The notes beneath the pieces are model-generated. The model did no database searches, was not told where the DNA came from, and saw only the letters and a list, made by a program, of their open reading frames with translations. The translations under genes were made by a program, and so were the position numbers. Shown here piece by piece: positions 37,464-48,989 of a DNA stretch of 64,000 nt. Each line of letters begins with the position of its first letter. Position 1 is the first letter of the stretch. This stretch comes from Anthoceros angustus (lineage: Eukaryota > Plantae > Anthocerotophyta): NCBI GenBank assembly GCA_010909165.1, contig VJWM01000234.1, positions 212,455 through 276,454 of the forward strand, written 5' to 3'.

Positions 37464-40400
37464 TTGGAGGACATGAGGATGGTTGCGGTAGGGGTCGATC
37501 TCGAGGGACGAAGGTCACCACCGCCACCGCAAGAGATTTACGAGCCTTCGAAGAAATCACCAGGAAGAGACCGCTACCGCCGCTACTCGAGGGGAGGAAG
37601 TAGAGACGAGCGACGCGGAGGAAGTCGCTTGACTCCTAAGGCGACGGCGGAACGAGAGTGAGGAGGAGGAAGAGGCGAGATCACCGGCGCCGAGAGGAAG
37701 GAGGTCGAGAAGAGAAGTCCGCGAGGAGGAAGGCGGCCTCACGACCGCCGCAACGCCGCGAACGCCCGCGACGCTTTGCTTCTCAAAGCACCACCTCATC
37801 TTCCAATCGACAGGACGACGAGGTCGCTGAGCGGGAATTTCGTGCTTGGTCGGAGGATTTGGCGAACGACTCGATCGAATCATCGATTGATCTTTGGGAC
37901 GAACTAGAGGGAGGTCGCTACTCGGTAGAAGATCGTCAAGGATCCCGATTGTCGTACCGCGAGAGGAGTGTTGGGCACACCCGACGAGCAACATGAGTGG
38001 AGTTGGTGGAGGAGGAGGACCGCCACTTCATAGTCGCCAAAGAATACGCCAAAGCGAGAAGAAGAAGGGAGATGACGCGGAGGCGCTTTGTAAGAACTTT
38101 GAGCATGTCCCACGCTAACTTGGAGGATGGAGTCCGATCGACCACGATCTTTCCGGATCTGAGAGGGCATGCCCAACAGCATGGTCGCGCATATAATTCG
38201 CGCCGATTGGGAAGCTTAAAGCAGCCTTCTTGAATCGGTTCGAGGGCTCAGCCACCCACACCACACTTTAGGAACCCTTCAGGAAGAAACGAGAATCTTG
38301 TTTGATTATGTGGAGAGGTTTTATGGATATCCGGATCGAGTTCAAATGTGCACCCGAGAGGCCAGATCCACCCACTGGTACTCAAGAGCTTGGATTGGTT
38401 TGTGAGTGGCTTGTCTCGAAAATGGAGGTACACGCAGTGACGAAGACGGGGGGCCTCCGCTTACGAGGAATGGGAGTCCAGTTAGGAGAGGAGAAGAAGA
38501 GGCGAAGTCATAAGAAGAGGAAAGGATCGAGAGATCTAGCCTTCCTCCACCTCCTCCACACCTCGCCCCTCATCGAAAGTGAGGACAATGGAACTCAAGA
38601 AAGCTCCACATCGGATGAGGAATCGAGAAGGCCTACGAAAAAGAAGGACCCGAGAAGGTCAAACGAAGAGGAGGCGGAACGCATTGGAGAGAAGGAGAGG
38701 AAGGGAAGACGGTCCGTCGGATGGAGAAGGGAGAAACGTCAGCAGGAGGAGGGATTGGGACAAGTGGAGGCTTTGACCAAGATTGACCGAGTTAGAGGTC
38801 AAGGCGGAAGAATCAAGCTCCACGAAGATCTCCTCACCGCAAGGCGCTTGGTGTATTGCTCAATTTGTCATCAAACGGGACACACCAACCGAGAATGTAT
38901 TCGCACCACGATACGCGGTAAACCATGTGGAAACCCATGCCGTGAGATTATTGGTATGTGGATGAAGCTTATCAGTGCAAGCGTCACGAAGTCGGCCACC
39001 TCAATCAATGAGGGCGACTTACCAACCGACTACACCCCCCTCAAGGTATGGATCGCCCGACATCGCCGGACCATGGAGACCGATCCATCGCAGGCCGATG
39101 GCAATTCCATGTGGTGTTATAATTATGGAGCACCGTGTCACTACTCAAATGAATGCCCGTAACCAAAGCAAGTGGGTTGTACCCTGTCAAGTATGTAAAG
39201 GAATTGGGACATAAAATGGGGATCCCATCGGGGTGGCGCGAGTGACACCAGACGACTGGGGGTCACGAGCTCAGCGAAGAGGCACGACCCAACCCGACCG
39301 CGACATTGAAGACGAGGGTGGAGTATCGGACGATTCCAAAGACATCAATCGTGGAGGAAGGGTATGAAGGAGAGATGAGCGGATGAAGGTTGATGGTGGC
39401 CAAGGTGACCACCGCGATCCGCGAGAAAGGCCGAGGAAAAACGCGGAGAGGAAAGGAAGGGAGGAAGGTGAGGGACGACTCACCTGGCCTCCGGAGACGC
39501 GCGCGGCGCAAGGAGGTGAGGAGGCCCAGGAAGGCGATCACCCCAGTCACCCCTGGTAGAGACACCCCTGGGCGGGCGAAGGGCCAGGGGAGGAACGAAA
39601 CGCTTCCTCCCGACATTAGCCAAGTGGCGCGGCTGCCGGAAGATGAGCTAAACAGCTCACCCACGGGAAGGTGGAGGCGAGCCGAATTATTGATCCGCTG
39701 CATGGGTCCCACCGATAGGAGGATCATGGAATCGAAACTTTACCAATAAGGTCGGAGTCGACCACTGTGGCTGCTGCAAGCGGGAGGAAACCTTGTCGAT
39801 AAAATTCCGCCACGACGCATTACTTGACCGCGAATTTGTGGTCACCTGAGATGCTTGCTGTGAGTCCGAGATCCCGCAAAATTGTGAAGGAGGCGATCAG
39901 GGAATCTCAAAGGGGAGAAAACGGTATGGAGGTAAATGTGGTCGAACTCATTGATTTGGGGGCACCCGAGATTGAGGTTGAAATTGCGGGTGTTTGGTGC
40001 CCAACGTGCCATTAGATTCGGATCGAGTCAACTTGATGACGGAGGAGACGGCTCATCAACTGGGTTCACCGAGTTTCACCCGCCCGAGTATTTTTACGGA
40101 TGGCCGACTGCATAAAGGAGAAAGCCACTGGGGGGAAGTGCCCACTATGAATTGGGGACTCACCTTCCATCTTACCTACATTGTGATGCACCTTTCGGAT
40201 TTAGGCTATAAGGTTTTGATAGGTAGGCCTTGGTTGTATGGTACCGTGGTGTTTTTGATTTTGGTCGAGTGGCATCACCTTCAAGTCCAAGAGACCCGAC
40301 TGCGGATGGAAGGGCTCCTTATGAGGGGAGTCGCAACCCCCGTACACCCCGGGTAAGCTCCTGCAAAGGAAAGCATATCGGGGTCCTCATGAGGTCAAAA

Positions 40401-43400
40401 TAAAGAGTGATTTGGTGTATGCCTGCTATACATAGAGGAAGTAGAAGAGTCAAGATGAGGCCCATAGAGAAGGAGTAGCCTTTGAAGGAAGCATTATCGA
40501 GATTTTCCTAAGAGGGATCCGAACCATAGGTAGCACAAGGAACATGTAGATCCCGGCGCTAGAAGACTAGAGTTAGAACCTAGCAAGGTAGTCAAGATTT
40601 CTAGTACCTAGGCGAGAAAAGGAAGAGTTTCAGAGTGCTTAGGGAGTATGTCGATGTGTTTGCCTTCAAGATTACCGACATGACAGGATACCAAGAACCG
40701 GGATACATCGAATTGATTTGAAGGAGGGCAAGACCGAAGGATCAAGCAATACAGTGAATCCCAAGTATTCCATGGTAAGGGATCAGACCAATACTTGAGA
40801 AGGGTGATTTATCCGGCTCACCAAAGGAGTGGGTCGCCCCATCGTGAATTGTACCAAGAAGCAACAGGAAAGGTTCGGTGTGTGATTTCGTGAAACTCAA
40901 TGAAGCAACGAAGAAGGATCATCACCCTTTACCTTTCATGGACAGCAGGAAGACAGAGTGACAGATGCCAGCTTGGATATTCGGTACAATCAAATTTCGC
41001 TAAGGAGGATCAGACAAGACAACGCTCACGACGATTGGGGAACTTACGCTTATTCAAGCTCCCTTCGGGTTGTGTAATGCCCCGCCACTTTCAACGAGTG
41101 GTGAACGCATTCCGAGATTTCAGAAGTTCATGGAGGTATTCCTAGATGATTTCGTATTTGGGAGGAACCGCATCTAGACCATTTGAGGCAATGTTTCCAG
41201 AGTCGAACATGAAACTTCATCCAGAAGTGTTATTTTGGTATGACAGAGGGTATTTATTGGCACATCGAGTTTCAGACGAGGATTGCGTAGATAAGGAGAA
41301 GGTAGAGATAGAGATGGACGACCACAAACGAGACAGGCAGCTTTTGTAGGGCTAGGGTATAGTGAGGTTCATCAAGGATTTCGCCAAGAAGGCAGCCTTG
41401 TTGACACAATTGACCAAAAGGATACCCTTCGAATGGACAACGCGAGGAGGCTTTTCAGCTTGAAGGACAGCTTGGTGAGCGCCAACTTAACCCGATTAAC
41501 CGCTTCATGTATACGGATGTGTCCGCCTATGCCATTGGGACCGCCTTGAGTAAGGACGAGAAGAAACGGATCATCCGATTTTCTATGCTAGACAGTTCAC
41601 GAAAAGAACTACTCAACCACGGAGCGGAGGGTCTTGGTATCATTTACTCGTAAGAAGTTTAGACACTATCCGCTTGCTTGCAAGGTGACGCTTCATGTTG
41701 ACCATTTTGCTGAAGTATCTTGTCAACAAGCCGATTTGTCGAAGGATTGCCGATGGGTACTCTGCAAGAGTTTGACTACGACGAGAAACCAGCTGGAAGC
41801 AACATCGTAACGCTGATTTCTCGCCCCGAAACCGGAGAGCGACTAGGATGACCGATTTCCGACGAGGAGTTGGTCGCCACGCCCGGTCAAGGGGAAGGAC
41901 GAGCATGTTGAGACGGCCTAAGAATTGATCAGCAAGTCTTGTTGCCAGCAGAGGCCAAATGAGCAAGAAGGGAGCGCAGGTGAAAAAGCAGCAGGACAAC
42001 TGGAACCGAGAGGATAGAGGGCGCCAGCATGGGCGAGGAGGAGGCTGAATGCTCTCAAGGGTGAGCAGGGCTGCAAGTGAGGCCACAGTGGCAAGAAGCA
42101 AAACCATGAGAGCACCGCTGAAGGAAGGCCACACTGGCGGAAGGCGCCATGCGAGGAGGAGAAGGCCCCAGGGAGGTGGACAGAGCGAAGAAGGAGCTCA
42201 GAAGCTTGGAAGGGGGAGGGGATGCAATCCTCAAAATCACCATGGAGGTGCAACAAGAAGGAGGTCGCCATGGGAGCACGAGATGGACCTAGACAGGCTG
42301 CCGGATGAGAAATCGTTAAGGAAGAGCATGAGATCGGAACGTGGATGGGCAAGCATGGGGGGAGGATACACGCCATCCGGAGCTACTAACGGAGGGAGGA
42401 GGAGGACGCCCGGAAGGAGGAGATTAGAACGCGAGGGGCGTTCATGCCCGAGATATTTGAATGGGAAGTACGAAATTCTCGGAGCATGGAATCATGCCGG
42501 ATGGGTTGTCCAGGAAGGGCGGCGTTTTTCTCCATAAAGCCGCACCCTATCGCTGCGGGAAGGTCTGTACAAACTTGGGTCCGACGAAGATCCGATGTCT
42601 CTCGGAGGAGGCTTCACTGCCACGGAGGCACATGCGTAAGAGGCAGGTGGACACTATTCGCACAGTGACCGTTAAGAAGATTTTGAATGCGGGTTCGTGG
42701 GCTACGATGCAAAAGGATGTGTGGGAGTTCACCGAGGTGTGATGCGTCGAGGGTTGACGGCACGTTGTCGACACAATGGCCTCTTACCTACATCTTACCG
42801 CTAGCACCGCTCGAGAAGTGGGGAATCGATCAGATCAATCAAACCACCAACGCAATGGACGAGGAAGCGACATTTTGGTGGCTACGGATTATTGTACAAG
42901 ATGGTGGAAGTCAAGCAACGAGGAAGGACGACGCACCGCAGAGCCAAATTTTTTATTCGAGAACATCATAACGGTATGGATGTCCTTTAGAGTTGGTCAT
43001 GACCGGGACACATTTCCTCAACTCGTGAGTCCCTAACCACCTACTTCAACATTCTAAGATCGAAGACGACCCCTACAACCCCAAAGCGTGGATTGACGGA
43101 GAAGACGAATGGGTTGCCACAATCCTCACCAAGGTAATCGACCACATGTATGATTGGGATGCTAAGTTGCATTCGCACTGGGCTTACAGGATCATGGAGA
43201 AGGTAACCACCAAGAAGACCCTTATTATCTAACATATGGCATGTCACCGTGATGCCCGTGGAATTTGAAGTACCACCTGTGATCATGGAGGATGAACGAT
43301 GACCGTAGAGGATAGTCGTAGCTAGACTAGAATCTTCATAGAGCAGAGGAACGAGGGAGGATGCTTTAGAAGAAACAATGATTCTGGAACTCGTAAAAGA

Positions 43401-43620
43401 TCGGCATGATGGGAAGTTGAGGAAGCAAGAGGCTATCGTGGACGGGATTTGGTTCTTCTATATGATAGTCGGTACCTAGACTTTCCAGGAAGCTTAGGCT
43501 AAGATGGATGGGACCTTACGAGGTGGTCGCAGATACGAGAATGGATCCGCAACTGCACGGGCGCGACATTGCCGACCGTAATGGGTGGAAGGTCAAGAAG
43601 TACCTCACCGAGTACGCTGT
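37464..43620 (+). pseudogene. Gypsy gag-pol (frameshifted)
   Basis: CSICHQTGHTNREC, CYNYGAPCHYSNEC, CQVCKGIG; protease ~39950-40260; RT ~40650-41350; RNase H ~41500-41830; integrase ~42470-43610. Confidence 0.88.
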
Positions 43621-44099
43621 TTGAGGACGCAAACAGTGAGGTGGGGAGTATGTGAACGAAAAGTTTGGGCAACCAGCCCAAAAGAGCCAAGACAACAAGT
43701 TTGATTTTTTTGGCTAGAACGATTGAAGAGGAGCATGCCAAGAAATTTTCTCGAGAATCTTGAAGTCGGAGTTGTAGGATATTGTTAGGAAGGCAAGAGG
43801 ATATCCCAGAAGAAGAACGGGTCAAACGACCCCGCGAGGCGCGTGAGGGCAACCAAAGGTTGGTAGGTCGGACTACCGCCGTAGGTCGCCACACCACGCC
43901 GTAGGGTCGAAAGGAAGCGCATCACGCTCGCGCATCACCACCAGAGAAAATCTCGCCAAAAAGGAAATTTAGAATAGAGGGGATATCCACTATATATGCT
44001 CACCAATGGGAATAAAGATTAATTAGGTAATTAATTAGGCGGATAGGAAAATAGGTAATTTAGATAGTTTAGGATTTTGGAATGAAATAATCTAGGGTT

Positions 44100-46500
44100 G
44101 CACCGTGGCGTTAAGAGGCAAAGTTTTCCAACTTCCTTCGAAGAGCCAACTCACTTCGAGCTGAGCCGAGCCGGAGAAGGAAGAGGAGAAGGAGCGCCAT
44201 CGCAGCTGCCGCCGCCATCAGAAGAGGAAGAGGCGCATCGAAGGGAAGAACCCAAGAGGCGGAGAGGAGGAAAAAAGAAGCACCGAGGGAAGCTCGCCGC
44301 ACCAGAAGAGAAAAGAGAAGAGGAAGGAGAGAGAGTGAGGAAGTGAAGGCGGAAGGAAAGGGAAGGAGCAAGCACATACCGCCTGAGAGAAATCAAGGAA
44401 ATTGGCAGCAAAGGCGACTGTGGCTAACGTTGTGCCTCAGGTGTTGCCCAAGAAGAAGGAGTGTTTGAAGTGAAGCTTGGAGCAGCTGAAATTGGGAAGT
44501 AATTCCTTCCTTGAAGGAAGGTGCCATGCCTCGGAAAGGCAAGGGAAGGAAGGAGCCGCCAAGGCTCTCCTCGCGAGGGGAAAGGGAAAGAGCAGAGGCT
44601 ACCGCTGTGGGTGAGGTGATGCCCCAATTCACTTGTTTTGCGGCAGCTCAACCCGAGATTTGGTTGATTTTCGCAAGGCGAGGAGGAGAACATCCACTGG
44701 GATGGGTGTATGGCCGCCAATGGGCCTACACCAATTTGGAATTGATTGAGGAGTGTTACATCAACCTCCATCAATCGGGCGCCTGCCGCACCGGAAAGGA
44801 ATGCTCGAACGGATCCTCGCTGGACCGGAGCATTCGGCTGTGTGTATGGAAGACCGGAGGAAGAGAGCTCGAATTGCTCTCGAAAGGTCGAATGGAGGGA
44901 AGAGGACAGCCTCTCCGACATCCCGCAGGAGTTCCTGACATGATGGATGGAGGATGAAGGCCCACGCCAAGAATGGCTGGAAGACCGAGAGCATCAAGGA
45001 GTCAAGTGGAGGCTCTTCGCAAAGATTGTGCTGTTGGTAAATTACCAACGCACTTATTTCAAAGACCAACTTCTCCAATTTTTGTGGAAGATTTCCATGG
45101 GAGCCAAGCCGGGGACTATTATCATGTATGAGGCCTACATCCACCACCGAGAAGCTCCTCAAGCCAAATTCGTGGATGAGGAAGGGCCAAGGCCTGCTAC
45201 CTTAGCACCTATTTGGTGCATTTATGGGAAACCGAGGACTTCTCACAAGCAAGGAGCTTGAAGATGCATCCCTTTGAGGTCATCCATCTCCAGAGGTTGG
45301 AAAGGCCTTGCCTTTGCATTGAAGACGGGAGGTCGACTCCACAAGCATGCTAGAAGCAAGAGGAGAAGATGGAGGCAACAAGGTTGCCGGAGTGGGAATC
45401 TTTCCTGTGAGCAAGCAAGGGAGAGAAGAACCGGCCGAGGAAGGCCGAATGGTGGTCTATGAGAGAAGGACTACAGAGGGGTGACCCCGAGTGGGGAGTC
45501 CCCACCATCTCCTTTGTGCCTACAGAGAGGCACCCACTACCTGTGAGGGAGGCCCACCCAAGGGGGCAGCCCACCGTGGTAGGCGCCACCACCATGGTAG
45601 GCGGCTACCAGAGCACACCAGAGGGTAGGCACACGCCAAAGCAGCCACGGCGGTGGAAGGGAAGGAGAAGAACGCGAGGCGCCATGGCGCCGAGGCCACC
45701 ATCTCCTACCGGTGGGAGAGCGGATGGAGCGACGAGGGACCCACATGGCCCGGAGTGCGGTGAGAGCTGGAAATTTCAAGAAGAAAGAAGGGGTGGAATT
45801 AGGACCCCTAGGAGAATTGCCGGTGCTTGTGAAGCACTCACTGTGGATTTGAAGGGGCTAGGGACCCAGCCCTCCTTGTGGGCATGCCAAGAAGAAATCT
45901 CAAGACATGGCCGGAGAAGGCAGGACCAAATGGCAATTGGAGGCCATGGAGTCCGATGAAAAGGCAGCCAAACCGGAAAAGGTCAGAAGCTCCAACGCGA
46001 CCTCATGGATGAGAAGGTCCTGAGGGAAGGTTGTCAGTCAAGAAAGAGCCATTCGGCAACAACCCAAGGATTCATGGAGGCAGTAAGAGCATTTTGCCCA
46101 ATTAGAGCAAGAGAAGGGCAAAACAGAGGCTCTAGGGAGAAGGTAGCGGTCCAAAGAATGGAGCCAAGACAGTGATGGCTACCCAAGCCATCAAAATCCG
46201 GACATATGAAGGAAGAAGGACCCGACAATTTGGAAGAGAAGCGAGCAAGGCTCAAGAGAGCAAGAAAGAGCGAGGAGCGGAGTGGCAAGTGAGAAGGAGG
46301 CTTGCCAAGAATGGAATTGGAACAAAGGAGGTCCAGAGGAGGAGCGCCACAAGAAGGTGGTGCATGAATGCCGTGGTAGAAAGGATTTTGGGCGATTATG
46401 CCCTTCGTGCAAAATTGGCCAACCAAAAGGAAGTGAGGGAGGAGAATGTACCTCCATGTCAAGGTGGGGAATTGACCACCTCAAGGGACGCCTACGGTAG
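44100..46500 (+). pseudogene. Athila-type additional (env-like / plant-transposon-protein) ORF with C-terminal coiled coil
   Basis: YTNLELIEECYINL resembles the LVREFYANL motif; downstream IIMYEAYIH...LAPIWCIYG; E/K/R-rich heptads 45800-46450 (paralogous to 31520-32320). Confidence 0.55.
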
Positions 46501-47656
46501 GTGTGAAGATGGAGAGTGGCCCACGAGATTGATGATCTCCAAATGCAATATCACAACTTGGGGCTCACCTCCACAATAGATCTTGAAGGCCAACAATGAA
46601 GTCTTGGCTTCAAGAGGAGGACATTGGGTCCTCATGATGATGACAAAGGAGCCGCAAAGTGCAGCCAGAGGCCTCCGATTTTGATGAGGCCATCAGAAAT
46701 GGACTCCGAGGAACTGAGGAGTCGAGATGAAGGAGCCGTGACCCAAAGGTAGAAGGGCGCAGAGCAAGGAGGGGAAAGCCCACCTCCTGGGGTCAACCTA
46801 CCACCAGACCACCACGTAGTCCGCTGATCACCGTGCCTGACCCCACGAGTCCGCATCACCGGGTAGGGGGGCCAGAGCTGCTGGGGAGGGCCGGAGGCCC
46901 GAGATGAAGGAGCCGGGGGTCCGAGTATACCCCCGGAGGAGGGGGTGGTGGAGACAACCCCACCGAGGAGACTAAGGACGGTCCGACCCCGAGGAAGGGG
47001 AGGGTGGAAGTCCCCCCACGAGTAAGGGAGGAGCCGGGACCCGAGGAGGAGTCCAACGCAAAAGGGCCCGAGAGTTAGGACATCCGCATTGGGGGGAAGA
47101 GAAGGTGCTCTATGATAGGTATGGACAAATTAAACAAGAGGAAAGGAGCAAGATCCACCCAAGAGCGGGAGGAGAAAGAAGGAAAAAAGGGCCGACTACC
47201 ATGGTAGTCACCACCCCGAGTCCGCCGACTACCGCGTAGGGTGCGATGAATGGGCGACCGTGGAGGAGAAAAAGGCGCCTAGGTGCGCGGAGGGGCGCGA
47301 TTGCGGAGGCCAGGAATCCAGCGCCCCCGGAGATGGAGGAAGGGGCAAGATTGTACTTGCCCCACACATTAGGAAGACAAGATCCGGGAAGGGCAAGAGC
47401 AAAAGGAGGGCGAGGGAGCCAATCCCAAGGACGCCGTCACCACCCCAAATAGGTGAAGACTAGATATGGTCAAGACCATAAATGCTAGTAGAAGAATAGA
47501 AGGATAGTGATGTAAGACATCCTTCAAGGATGACTTAGGTGAAGTTACTAGAATAGAATTTACCAAGGATCGCATAGATTTAGGTGCGACATTAAATGTC
47601 AAGTAGGAAATAATAGAATTGGAAAAGGTGACCGCAGAGGGTCACCCAAGGGAGGT

Positions 47657-48475
47657 TGTATGTGGAAGGCCTCCTATAAGAGGAGGAGGATTTCACAAAG
47701 TAAAGTATCATGTCTTGCGCCCACGCTCACGAGTCCTTTGCCATTACAGAGGAATTTCGTGTCGGAGCCGTGAGCCAACGCAGTCTGCAGAGAGGAAGTC
47801 ATGTGGTCTGAGTGCTTGGTGGAGGACTTGCTCGCAAGTGCCTAAACGAGTTGCCCCTTGTGAATGGTTGGAAATTGCTTTGCTGTGTGGCAAATGCCTG
47901 TGAGAACACTCGAGGGTAGACTGTGGAAAGACTCTGGGCCGTGGTGTCAAACCCACATAGCAACCGCCCAAGGAAGAACTTGCCGGGTGGAGGCCGACCC
48001 TGTGCGCCAGCCGTAAGGGCGAGTCGAAACCAAGAAGCCCGAACCGAGGTTAGAATAGGAGGAAGAGGATGAGGAGATGAGAAGATGAGTAGAGGATTAG
48101 AGGTAGGTGTTAGTGGAAGGCCACAGAGCCTAAGGGACGAATCCCAACTGCAAGCAAAAGAGCGCCCCGAGTGGAGAAGAGTGGTCTTAGAAGTAGGGAC
48201 GAAATCGGTGTGGACTGGGGGTCCCTGCCCGTGATAGGCTCACCGAGGCAGGACCTGAATTGAGCCTGTAGGTCGAGGATTGGCGAGCAAGGGTGCGTAG
48301 AAGAGGGAGAGAGGCGCCTTGCTTGTTAGAAGGCCGAGAAGTGTCTCGCAGTAGCGAGGTGATCACAAGGCCTCGAACTTTCACACAAGTCTCATGGGAC
48401 GAAACCCAACGACGAAACGATAGTGATAAGTGTGGCCGCTTATAGTGGGAGGACTGAGTCCTGGTTTTCCTACCA
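47657..48475 (+). repeat. Athila-like LTR copy C (3' LTR)
   Basis: Preceded by the PPT; homologous to LTR copies A and B. Confidence 0.9.
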
Positions 48476-48578
48476 TGCAGGGTAGGGAAAACCCGGGCCC
48501 CATCTCAATGTGAGAGAGTTACTTGCATCCTCCTCTCCTCTCCTCTTTCCACCATCATGGGCGCCATACGATCCTTCA
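48476..48578 (+). repeat. 3' part (R/U5) of an E4-family Copia LTR
   Basis: catctcaatg..agagagttacttgc..ctcctctcctct..ccaccatcatgg..cgatccttca matches 25372-25597 and 29929-30003. Confidence 0.8.
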
Positions 48579-48989
48579 CTCTCTCGACCCTTCCGCTTGC
48601 AATCGCGGAGAGTTGCTCGCTCAAGAGGACATGGGGCTCTTGAAATTCTCCTCCCAAGATTTGGTGCAGTTAGTGTCGACCGCATCTACCTCAACAGACA
48701 AAATCGGCGAAGCACTCGCCATGCTCAGCTAGTGCAAGTCGCCACAACAACCGGAATAGCTTGTGCAAGTGATTGGCTGCGCGGCAATCGCCTTTAGGAA
48801 CAAGAATCGGCAAAGCGTGCACAAGTTGGTGCAAGTCGATCGCACATCTCGCATAAGTGGCCGTAGCTCAGGTAACGTTAACTCGGCTACCGTGAGAATT
48901 GAGAGGGTTGTGCTTTCCACCCAAACTTTAAAATGGCGAAAGAATGCCCATGGTCGAGCTGGTGAGATGATGGGATGGGTGCGAGGATG

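Larger units (their letters stand above)
36470..48475 (+). mobile_element. Full-length Athila-like Ty3/Gypsy LTR retrotransposon (~12 kb)
   Basis: LTRs 36470-37279 and 47657-48475; PBS TTTTTGGCGCTGTCGGGA (Asp-tRNA/Athila type); PPT AAGGGAGGT; gag with CCHC knuckles, protease (YKVLIGRPWL), RT, RNase H, integrase (PLEKWGID, WMGPYEVV, VNGWKVKKY); no chromodomain seen. Confidence 0.9.
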
